Assembly (NCBI GenBank): GCA_003221005.1
Contig: QHTZ01000081.1
Span: 48,866-112,865 of the forward strand
Length of the DNA: 64,000 bases
Direction of reading: 5' to 3'
Source: Gemmatimonadota bacterium
GTDB lineage: Bacteria; Gemmatimonadota; Gemmatimonadetes; Gemmatimonadales; GWC2-71-9
The position numbers and the translations under genes were made by a program. Under the pieces are notes generated by a model. The model was not told the origin of the DNA and did not search any database. It saw nothing but the letters and a program-made list of their open reading frames with translations. The stretch's first letter is position 1; the number at the start of each line of letters is the position of its first letter. Positions 8,927-16,771 of this stretch are shown piece after piece.

Positions 8927-9909
8927 GAAGCCGCTTTGGGGAGGCGGGAGGCGGGGGACGGGAGCAGGTCCCGCGGGGCGCGCGCTCTCAGATACGTCTC
9001 CACGTCATGAATGGGATAAAGTAATCGATCCCACCGCGCATCGGGGGTCGAGACCGGCGCGCGCTCGCGCGCGAGCCAGCCGCTCACGCCCGACGCCGCC
9101 GTGACCGTTGCGGGATGGGCGCGCGCCTCGACCCGCAGCAGGCCGAACAACAGGTCGTTCCCCTCCCACGGCCACAGCCGCAGGTACCACGAGTAAACCT
9201 CGTGGTGCGCCCGACCCCGCGGGCGGAACACCGAGGTGCGATGCAGCGCCGGAAGCGTGAGGGCGCGCGTGAGGGCGTCGCCCTCGAAGTACTGCGCGCC
9301 GTGGCTCTTGATCACGCCGAGCGCGCGCGGATGCCCGGCGAGGCGGGCGGACTCGGAGAGCACACCGTCCACGACGAACCACTCTTCGGCGCCGAGCGAC
9401 GCGAGGTGCCGCTCCGCCAGGTCCTTCTCGAGCGCGACGCGGGCGTTCTCGACGGCGCGCCGTGCTGCCTCGAGCGCCGGCCCAGGCTGGCCCAGGGCCT
9501 CCTGAGGCACGTCCACCAGGTCCACGCCGCTCGCCTCGAGCGCCGCGCGCACGCCGGGACGCAGCGCGGCCACGGCTGCCGCGTGAAACTCCCGCGTCGT
9601 CTCCCCGACGACGCGCAGCCGGCGGTCTCCAGTCCGGCGTCGCACGGCGGACGCCACGTACGCCCGCACGATGGGCACGGCGCCGTCGTAGTAGGTGACC
9701 TTCCAGCGCTGGATACCGTCGAGGAAAGAGGCTGTCGCGGGGGGGGCAATGACGCCGCCGGGATCGAGTGGGTGGATCCGGACCTCCGTGTCCTCGACCA
9801 GCTCGGCCCCGGCGACCTCGCTGAGCTCGGTACGCCCCAGGCTCTCCTCCGGGACGTGCGACGCCCGCACGGCCCCTGCCGCCACGATCGCGTCCGCCCA
9901 GCTGCGCAT
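8923..9909 (-). CDS. nurA: NurA-family 5'-3' nuclease
   Basis: SFLDG, FVVDG, GVIKSH and LYPIHDVE motifs of the RNase H-fold NurA family. GTGA overlap with herA. Confidence 0.75.
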   Translation of the reverse strand: MRSWADAIVAAGAVRASHVPEESLGRTELSEVAGAELVEDTEVRIHPLDPGGVIAPPATASFLDGIQRWKVTYYDGAVPIVRAYVASAVRRRTGDRRLRVVGETTREFHAAAVAALRPGVRAALEASGVDLVDVPQEALGQPGPALEAARRAVENARVALEKDLAERHLASLGAEEWFVVDGVLSESARLAGHPRALGVIKSHGAQYFEGDALTRALTLPALHRTSVFRPRGRAHHEVYSWYLRLWPWEGNDLLFGLLRVEARAHPATVTAASGVSGWLARERAPVSTPDARWDRLLYPIHDVETYLRARAPRDLLPSPASRLPKAAS

Positions 9910-9911
9910 GG

Positions 9912-10640
9912 CTAGCGGGTCCGCAGTGCCCAGCCGATGTAGGTGATGCTCGTGTCGTCCACCAGGGAGCGGGTCCCGTCGGGCGCCCGGCCCACGCCCT
10001 TCACCTCCTGCACCACCATGCCGTGGCGCGCCAGCCCGTCGCCAAGCTCGGCGGGCGTGATGAAGCGGGCGAAGTCGTGGAAGCCTTCGGGCATCGTATG
10101 GCGCACGTATTCCTCTTCCCAGATCAGCTCGAGGAACGCGGCCAGAGTGCGGTTGTGCGTAAGGAAGCCGAGCCCGCCACCGGGGGCGAGCACCGTGGCG
10201 ATCGCGTCGACGGTGGCGTCGAGGTCCTCCACGTGCTCGAGCACGTCCACGGCGAAGACGAGGTCGAAGCCCACCCCGAGCCCGCCCGACGCGAGCGCCT
10301 CGGCCGTGCCAAGCCGGTAGTCGATCGAGAGGCCGGAGCGCGCCGCGTGCTCACGCGCGGCCGTGAGGGACTTTTCCGACGGATCGACCCCGGTGACGAT
10401 CGCCCCCTCGCGGACGAGCGTTTCCGCCAGGATCCCCCCGCCGCACCCCACGTCCAGGGCGCGCTTCCTGCCGAAGCCGCCGAACACCGTGCGGAAGTAC
10501 TCGACCCGCAGCACGTTGAGCTGATGCAACCCGACGAAGGGACCCGCGTCGCTCCACCACACGCCCGGGACGCGCTCGACGAGGCGTTCGTACTTGTCCG
10601 GCTCGGAAAGCCCGCCGACGCGGGGGAGGGAGTCGGTCAG
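9912..10640 (-). CDS. UbiG-like SAM-dependent O-methyltransferase
   Basis: WW...LHQLN..R, LDVGCGGGILAE, DVLEHV, NRT, HDFARFITPAEL. Start uncertain (CTG 10640 or GTG 10691). Confidence 0.8.
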   Translation of the reverse strand: MTDSLPRVGGLSEPDKYERLVERVPGVWWSDAGPFVGLHQLNVLRVEYFRTVFGGFGRKRALDVGCGGGILAETLVREGAIVTGVDPSEKSLTAAREHAARSGLSIDYRLGTAEALASGGLGVGFDLVFAVDVLEHVEDLDATVDAIATVLAPGGGLGFLTHNRTLAAFLELIWEEEYVRHTMPEGFHDFARFITPAELGDGLARHGMVVQEVKGVGRAPDGTRSLVDDTSITYIGWALRTR

Positions 10641-11158
10641 GCCGTGGCCTCGACGTCGACGTTGGGGAAGGGTGGCACCTCGAGGAACCACAGGCCCGCG
10701 ATCCGCGCGTGCTTGTCTATCTCCACCAGCAGCAGATCCGCCACGCGCACGACTGTGACCGAGCGCGAGCGGCCCACACGCAGGTGGAACACCGACTCCG
10801 TCTGGTTCTTCTCGACCGTGAGCGCGGTATCCACTTCGACGCCGGCGACTCCGGGCTGCGACAGCCGGCTGGGGAACACCACGCGCCCCTCCTTCGCGGC
10901 CGCCGGCGTCGCGAGCTGCTCGATGGTGCGGACGTCATCGGGCCACGACACGACGTCAACGCCCCGCAGGCACCCGTCCGCGACCTCGATGACGACGAAC
11001 GAGCCGTCGGTGCCTTCCAGGTCCACGGTGCCGTTCAACCCGTTCGATTTGGCGACGCCCTTGCACGCCACCGACAGGATGTCCGTCTCCGGATCCCAGT
11101 GGTAGCTCACCTTGGGAAGTTTGCCGCCGAGTGGCTCGATGCGCGCTTCGAAGTTCAT
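10637..11158 (-). CDS. Hypothetical protein (173 aa)
   Basis: Globular-looking ORF heading the minus-strand operon; YHWDPETDILSV start is reminiscent of DUF2283-type repeats. Confidence 0.75.
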   Translation of the reverse strand: MNFEARIEPLGGKLPKVSYHWDPETDILSVACKGVAKSNGLNGTVDLEGTDGSFVVIEVADGCLRGVDVVSWPDDVRTIEQLATPAAAKEGRVVFPSRLSQPGVAGVEVDTALTVEKNQTESVFHLRVGRSRSVTVVRVADLLLVEIDKHARIAGLWFLEVPPFPNVDVEATA

Positions 11159-11226
11159 GGGGAACGACGCCTTCCACCTGCTCGCGAGGGCGGATAATAT
11201 AGCGCCTGACTCGGAGGGAGCCAGCG

Positions 11227-12401
11227 ATGCAACGGCGGGAGTTCGTCTCGGTGGCTGGGGCCCTGGTCCTGGCGGCGACGGAAGGACGGAAGGACGGAAG
11301 GGGGTGGCGGGGACGTTCCGTCCTTCCGTCGTTCCGTCCTTCCGTCGCCTCTCAGGAACCAGCCCTCTCGCCCGAAGTCTTCTCCCGCCGCCTCGCGCGC
11401 GCGCAGGCGGAGCTCAAGACCCGCAAGTGGGACTTCCTCATCGCCACGCCAGGCACGACCTACCTCTATTTCACCGGCTACAACCCGGGCCGGAGCGAGC
11501 GGCTCATCGCGCTCGTCATCCCCGCGAGCGGCGAGCCCGCGATCGTGTGCCCGTCGTTCGAGGTGGACCGCATCAAGCGCCATGCGACGGCGCTCGACAT
11601 CACGGGGTGGGAGGAGCCGGCGAATCCCTATAAGCTGGTCGAGCGCGTGGTCCGCGCGCGCAAGCCCCGGGCTCCCGGGACGATCGCGCTCGAGTCCTCG
11701 ACCGCGTTCGGATCGTATCTGGGCATCAAGGACGCGCTTGGGGGCTGGAAGTTTGAAGATGCCGCCGCCATCACCGACCGGCTGCGGATCATCAAGTTTC
11801 CCGAGGAGATCGCGCTGATCCGCCGCGCGATCGCGATCACCGAGGACGCGATGGCGGCCACCTTCGCGCAGCTCGCCGTGGGCGTAAGCGAGCACGACGT
11901 GGCGGGGGTGCTCGAGCGGGAGATGGAGCGGCGCGGCGGAGAGGGGGGCGGCGGGCTGGTGCAGTTCGGGCCGTCGAGCGCCCTGCCGCACGGCGGCCCC
12001 GCGAGCGTCACGCTCGAGCGCGAGATGGTGGTGCTGATCGATTGCGGCTGTCGCGTCTCGGGCTATACGTCCGACATCACGCGCACGATCTGGTTCGGCG
12101 ACCATTGGGCCGGCCCCTCGTCACCCCATGTGAGGAAATGGATCGCGCCGCGCGCAAGGTGATCAGCGACGCCGGCTTCGGCCGTAACTTCACCCACCGC
12201 CTCGGCCACGGAATCGGCCTCGACGGCCACGAGCCGCCGTATCTCGTCGAAGGAAACGAGGTCCACCTCGAGCCAGGGATGGTGTTCACGCTCGAGCCAG
12301 GGGTGTACCAAACTGGGAAATTCGGAGTGCGGATCGAGGATGACTGTCTGATGACGGAGAACGGAGTTGAGGTCCTGAGTCACCGACCGTCCAAACTCTG
12401 A
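11227..12401 (+). pseudogene. Tat-exported M24 Xaa-Pro peptidase, split by an out-of-frame deletion at ~12105
   Basis: MQRREF Tat motif, creatinase N-domain, LIDCGC...YTSDITRT in one frame; HRLGHGIGLDGHE, EPG, GVRIED in another frame (ORF 12042-12401). Confidence 0.85.
11274..11349. repeat. Octamer-array palindrome (GACGGAAG)x3 / (C/G)TTCCGTC x4 within the peptidase gene
   Basis: Read directly; lies in frame just after the Tat signal. Confidence 0.9.
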
Positions 12402-12766
12402 CGGGGACGAGGGACGCGGGACGGGGGACGCGTGGTGCCGAGGCGGCGGCGTAGGCTATAGATGAGGCCGATCAACAGCCCCACGACCTGATTGCTGAGT
12501 ACCAGCGCCTCGTCCACCGATTTCGCGGGCGCAAGTTCTAGGTCTCGCACCAATTCGAGATGCGTGCAAAGCTCCGTACCGGAACCGAGGGCAATCCCGA
12601 GCGCGTAGCCTTCAGCGATGTTCGCAGGAATCGCCGCCGCCGCTCGCCGGATCTGATCCGCGAGTCCATAATGGCGACTGAGAGGTGGCTCGAGCGTGAG
12701 GCGATAGGCGACGCGCGCGACGGCGCGACCGCGCGTCCACGCCTGCAAAGAATCGAGCTTTCGCAC
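12380..12766 (-). CDS. Four-helix-bundle protein (23S rRNA IVP / Avd-like family), ~10-aa internal deletion
   Basis: L.AW, YGLADQIRRAA..IPANIAEG and IALGS..EL.THL motifs. Only 4 residues between AEG and IALGS, versus about 14 typical. Confidence 0.9.
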   Translation of the reverse strand: MRKLDSLQAWTRGRAVARVAYRLTLEPPLSRHYGLADQIRRAAAAIPANIAEGYALGIALGSGTELCTHLELVRDLELAPAKSVDEALVLSNQVVGLLIGLIYSLRRRLGTTRPPSRVPRPRQSLDGR

Positions 12767-12868
12767 GAATAGAAGTTGGAATGCCGCCTGCCATGGTAGG
12801 AGTCATTCCGCCGCATCCATGGTCCTTTCGCCGCAACACTCGTCCCCCGTCCCTCGTCCCCCGCCCCT
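12402..12868. mobile_element. Candidate element: inverted heptamer arms enclosing the four-helix-bundle gene
   Basis: Left arm GGGGACG AGGGACG CGGGACG GGGGACG (12403-12430); right arm CGTCCCC CGTCCCT CGTCCCC CGCCCCT (12841-12868). Arms abut the flanking stop codons. Mobility is inferred. Confidence 0.55.
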
Positions 12869-14054
12869 AGTCTCCTAGCTTCTTCGCAAACCCCACGATC
12901 TTCTCCAGCGCCCGCTCGATGTCCCCCGTCGCCGCCGCGTAAGACAATCGCACGTAGCGATCGTCGCCGAACGCCGAGCCGGGGACCAGCGCCACCCCCG
13001 ACTCGGTAATGAGACGGGTGCAGAACTCCGTGCCGCTCGAGCCCCCGAGCGAGTCTACGCGGAAGAAAAAGTAGAACGCGCCCAGCGGATCCACGAACTC
13101 CACGCCTGGCAAATCGCGGCGGAAGCGGCCGACCACGAGGTCGCGCCGCTTGCGGAACTCCGCTACCATCCGCATCACGTCCTGCTCCACCCGCTCATCG
13201 CCCAGGGCGGCGGCCGCGGCGAACTGCGCCGGGTGATTCGCCCCGGTGGTGGTATGTGACTGCAGCGCAGCCATGGCCTTGGCGATCTTGCCCGGCGCGA
13301 GCGCGATGCCGATGCGCCACCCCGTCATCGCATACGCCTTACTGACCCCGTAGATCACGACGACGCGCTCGAGCAGCTCGTCCGGAAGATCGAGGAACGA
13401 CGGGGCCGGTCCCGGACCGTAATGGATGCGCCGGTAAATCTCGTCGGTGATCACCCACACCTTGCGCTCCACCGCCCACTGCGCGATCGCCTTGATCTCG
13501 GCGTGCGTGTAGACGCCGCCGGTCGGATTGCAGGGCGAGCACAGGATCAACCCCTGGGCCCCGGGCACCACGCGCTCGAGATCGCGCACCCCCACCTTGA
13601 GACTCCACTCCGGATCGCCGGGCACGAGCACGGGCCGCGCGCGCGTGAGGTGCACGATCTGGGGATACGACACCCAGGCAGGAGCAGGGATCGCCACCAC
13701 GTCCCCCGGGCCGAACAGACTGAAGCAGACGTTGAACAGCGACTGCTTCGAGCCGTTGGAGATGACGACGTGATCGGCGTTCACGGGCCGCCCGCCTGAG
13801 AGCAGCGAGAGATGCTTCGCCGCCGCGGCACGGAGCTCGAGGATCCCCTCGTTCGCCGGGTAGTGGGTCTTCCCCTCCCGAATCGCCCGCACGCCGGCGT
13901 CGGCGGGAATCGACGGGGTGGGGAAATCCGGCTCGCCCGCCCCGAGGTCGATCACATCCTCTCCCGCGGCGCGACGCCGCTTCGCCTCCTGGGAGATGGC
14001 GATCGTGGCGGATGTCTCGAGATGCTGAAGGTTGGGCGACAGCCCCTGCGACAT
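12867..14054 (-). CDS. Aspartate aminotransferase-like PLP aminotransferase class I/II
   Basis: GAGEPDF, SPCNPTG, DEIY, SKAYAMTGWRIG, GAFY, VPGSAFG, RLSYA. Start MSQGLSP. Confidence 0.95.
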   Translation of the reverse strand: MSQGLSPNLQHLETSATIAISQEAKRRRAAGEDVIDLGAGEPDFPTPSIPADAGVRAIREGKTHYPANEGILELRAAAAKHLSLLSGGRPVNADHVVISNGSKQSLFNVCFSLFGPGDVVAIPAPAWVSYPQIVHLTRARPVLVPGDPEWSLKVGVRDLERVVPGAQGLILCSPCNPTGGVYTHAEIKAIAQWAVERKVWVITDEIYRRIHYGPGPAPSFLDLPDELLERVVVIYGVSKAYAMTGWRIGIALAPGKIAKAMAALQSHTTTGANHPAQFAAAAALGDERVEQDVMRMVAEFRKRRDLVVGRFRRDLPGVEFVDPLGAFYFFFRVDSLGGSSGTEFCTRLITESGVALVPGSAFGDDRYVRLSYAAATGDIERALEKIVGFAKKLGD

Positions 14055-14125
14055 GAGCGACGTGCTCCGTGGCGGACGATGGCAATATCCGCTCGCGCGG
14101 TCGCGACGCGCAACTAGTCGCGAGG

Positions 14126-14154
14126 TTGCCTTTCGCGCGCCCGCGCGGTAGCAT
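14126..14154 (+). promoter_or_regulatory. Sigma70-like promoter
   Basis: TTGCCT-17 nt-TAGCAT upstream of the 14199 ORF. Confidence 0.5.
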
Positions 14155-14198
14155 CCCGCCACGAGCGGTACGTCGCCCTTTGACAACTCGAGGATCGT

Positions 14199-15458
14199 GT
14201 GGTGGCGCTGGACGAGGGCCGGGCCGCGCTGGAGCGCGGCCGGCCAGTGGTGCTGGTGACTCCCCCTGCTCCGGAGCAGGCGGGGGCAGTGTGGGAGTTG
14301 GTGGGGACCACCCCCGGGGTGGGGGTGGGGCCCGCCGTGCTCATAGCATGCTGCGACGCAGTGAGCGCAGCTGAATGGGCGGCTGTCGCGCCCGCCGGGC
14401 TCCGGGTCCATGCGGTCAGCGGCCTCGCCCGCAGCGCCCGCATCCTCAAGGAGCACCCGCCCGAAGTGCTGGTCGGCGCCGTCGCCGACCTCGCCGCGCT
14501 GGTCGCGCGGTCCGCGCTGAACTGCGACGCCGTCGCCACGCTCGCCGTCGCCTGGCCCGAGCTGCTCGTCGCAGGCGAGCAGGCCGCGACGCTCGACACG
14601 CTACTCGGCGCGGCGCGCGACGCCCGCCGCATCGTGCTCAGCTGGAATCCCTCCACACTCACGGACTTCCTCGAGCGACACGCGCGCCGTGCCGAGGTGA
14701 TCGGCACCCCGGCACCTGCGGCCGGGCCGGCGGGCGCCGCACGCTACGCGGTCGTCGCACCGTCACGCCGCGCCGCCGCCTTGCGCGAGGCGCTCGACCT
14801 CCTCGACCCGAAGCATCCTCTGGTCTGGGACGGAGACCCGGCCGAGCCCGCCGCGACGCCGGACGCGGTGTTCTGCATGCGGCTCCCCACGCGGGAGCAA
14901 TTCGCCACGCTGTCACGGCTCAGCCCGCCCGTCGTCTTCGTGACGGGAGCGCAGCTCCCTTACCTCCGTTCAATCGCGGCGCCGCTGACTCCCCTGCACC
15001 TCCCCTCGGGCGCCGATCTCGCGCACGACCGCGCGGAGGCGCTGCGCGCCCGCATCGCGGAGCGGCTCGAAGCGCGCGACCACGACGCCGAGCTGGCGCT
15101 ACTCGACCCGTTGTTCGAGCGGTACGATCCGGCGGAGGTGGCGGGCGCGATTCTGGGACTGCTGCGGGAAACGGCAAGCGGGAAACGTGAAACGGCCTCT
15201 CCTCCCCCAACCCCCGCTGGGTGGGTCAAGGTGTTCGTAAACGTCGGGAAGAAAGATCGGGCGAGCGCGAAGGATTTGGTCGGGGCGCTGATCCGCGAGT
15301 TGAGCCTCGCCAAGGCCGACATCGGGCGCATTGATGTGCGCGACACGTTCAGCGTCGTCGAGGTGACACCCGCCGTTTCGGAGCGAGTGGTCCGCGAGCT
15401 TACGGGAGTTACCATCCGGGGTCGCCGCGCGCTCGCGCGGCTCGACCGCTACGCCTGA
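14199..15458 (+). CDS. Degenerate DEAD-box-like protein with C-terminal DbpA RNA-binding domain
   Basis: C-terminus KVFVNVGKKD...DLVGAL...DIGRIDVRDTFSVVEV...IRGRR is DbpA-RBD. N-part has helicase-like remnants but no Walker A or DEAD. Confidence 0.8.
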   Translation: MVALDEGRAALERGRPVVLVTPPAPEQAGAVWELVGTTPGVGVGPAVLIACCDAVSAAEWAAVAPAGLRVHAVSGLARSARILKEHPPEVLVGAVADLAALVARSALNCDAVATLAVAWPELLVAGEQAATLDTLLGAARDARRIVLSWNPSTLTDFLERHARRAEVIGTPAPAAGPAGAARYAVVAPSRRAAALREALDLLDPKHPLVWDGDPAEPAATPDAVFCMRLPTREQFATLSRLSPPVVFVTGAQLPYLRSIAAPLTPLHLPSGADLAHDRAEALRARIAERLEARDHDAELALLDPLFERYDPAEVAGAILGLLRETASGKRETASPPPTPAGWVKVFVNVGKKDRASAKDLVGALIRELSLAKADIGRIDVRDTFSVVEVTPAVSERVVRELTGVTIRGRRALARLDRYA

Positions 15459-15477
15459 GCCACACCCCGAAACGCCG

Positions 15478-15503
15478 ACGGGCCACCCAGCGGGGCGGCC
15501 CGT
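15478..15503. terminator. Hairpin between convergent genes
   Basis: ACGGGCC-ACCC...GGGG-CGGCCCGT stem. Confidence 0.5.
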
Positions 15504-15516
15504 AACCAGCATCCTT

Positions 15517-15554
15517 CAGGTGTGACGTCTGACAGGTGTGACGTCTGACGTCTA
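15517..15554. repeat. 16-bp direct repeat CAGGTGTGACGTCTGA x2 (TGACGTC heptamers) at the HU stop
   Basis: Read directly. Confidence 0.85.
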
Positions 15555-15845
15555 CTTGCCTCTGTTATTCACCGCCATTTTCAGCTGCTTGCCGGCGCGG
15601 AACGCAGGTGCGATCGACGCTTTGATCTGGATCACGCCGCCCGTCTTGGGGTTGCGGCCGGCGCGCGCGGCGCGCTTGCGCGCCTCGAAGTTCCCGAAGC
15701 CCGTGATCTGCACCTTCGCTCCCTTCTTCAATTCCGCGGCGATGATGCCCTTGTCGTCGAACAGAGCCTCGATCGTCCGGCCCGCATCGGCCTTCGACAT
15801 CTTCGTCCGCATCGCCAGCGCCGTGGTCAGCTCGGCTTTGTTCAC
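15552..15845 (-). CDS. hup: HU histone-like DNA-binding protein
   Basis: MNKAEL, VQITGFGNF, RAARAGRNPKTG, PAFRAGKQLK. RBS AAGGAG. Confidence 0.97.
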   Translation of the reverse strand: MNKAELTTALAMRTKMSKADAGRTIEALFDDKGIIAAELKKGAKVQITGFGNFEARKRAARAGRNPKTGGVIQIKASIAPAFRAGKQLKMAVNNRGK

Positions 15846-16087
15846 GGAGGTCTCCTTGTGAGGACGGGGTCCAAAATGCCTTGATCTCTCGGCACTTTCT
15901 CGGGGGTCCCCCCGAAAACCCGCATAACTTGGGCACTATATTGGGATATCTCCTGAAAAACCGCAAGATATGGGCACTTTCGAGAGCCCGTTACCCGTCG
16001 CCAGGTCGCTACGTTGTACGACGCCTCATGTAGTTTCGTAGCGACGTACCGACGTAGCGAGGTAGAACGCCTCAACTAGGGACGCGA

Positions 16088-16693
16088 ATGCTCAACGGCG
16101 CCCGCCCCGGCTGGATCGAGGTCATTACCGGCGTGATGTTCAGCGGCAAGAGCGAAGAGCTGATCCGCCGGGTGCGCCGCGCCGTGATCGCCCGCAAGCA
16201 GATCCAGGTCTTCAAGTCCCACCTCGACGCCCGGTATGCCGGGCTCTACAACGTGGCGACGCATGACGGCCTCACGGTCGAAGCCGCGCCGGTGGACTCT
16301 GCCGAGGAAATCATGCGACAGGTCCGGCCCGCGACCGAGGTGGTCGCGGTGGACGAGGCGCAGTTCCTGGATCACGGGATCGTCGGCGTGGCGAACGCCC
16401 TCGCGGACCGCGGCGTTCGGGTGATCCTCGCCGGCACCGACACGGACTTCCGGGGCGAGCCGTTCGGCGCGATGCCGACCCTGATGGCGATCGCCGAGAT
16501 CGTCGACAAGTTTCAGGCGATCTGCGTCGTGTGCGGCGGGCCCGCCACGCGCAACCAGCGGCTGGTGGACGGCCAGCCCGCACAGTGGAACAGCCCGGTC
16601 ATTCTGGTGGGCGGGCGCGAATCGTACGAGGCCCGCTGCCGCCACTGTCATCGCGTGCCGAGGATGGATGAGGATCAAACTGCGCTACTCTGA
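16088..16693 (+). CDS. tdk: Thymidine kinase
   Basis: [29 protein letters not shown]...CRHCH. Confidence 0.97.
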   Translation: MLNGARPGWIEVITGVMFSGKSEELIRRVRRAVIARKQIQVFKSHLDARYAGLYNVATHDGLTVEAAPVDSAEEIMRQVRPATEVVAVDEAQFLDHGIVGVANALADRGVRVILAGTDTDFRGEPFGAMPTLMAIAEIVDKFQAICVVCGGPATRNQRLVDGQPAQWNSPVILVGGRESYEARCRHCHRVPRMDEDQTALL

Positions 16694-16771
16694 ACGCGGA
16701 ACGCGGAACGCGGAACGGGGAATCGACGCTGGCTGGTTTGTTCCGCGTTCAACCTTCCGCGTTCCGCGTTC
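16692..16771. repeat. Heptamer-array palindrome (GAACGCG)x4 / (TTCCGCG)x3-4 filling the tdk-coaE spacer
   Basis: Starts inside the tdk TGA and ends at the coaE ATG. Confidence 0.9.

Noticed and set aside
6968-9909. Anti-phage HerA system (Sir2-HerA or DUF4297-HerA type)
   Set aside because: The partner is NurA-like and linked to sbcCD in housekeeping context; no defence-island neighbours.
12090-12130. Programmed frameshift in the M24 peptidase
   Set aside because: No slippery sequence, and a conserved helix is missing, which indicates deletion.
12380-12868. Diversity-generating retroelement suggested by the Avd-like protein
   Set aside because: No reverse transcriptase and no TR/VR pair with A-specific mismatches seen in the window.
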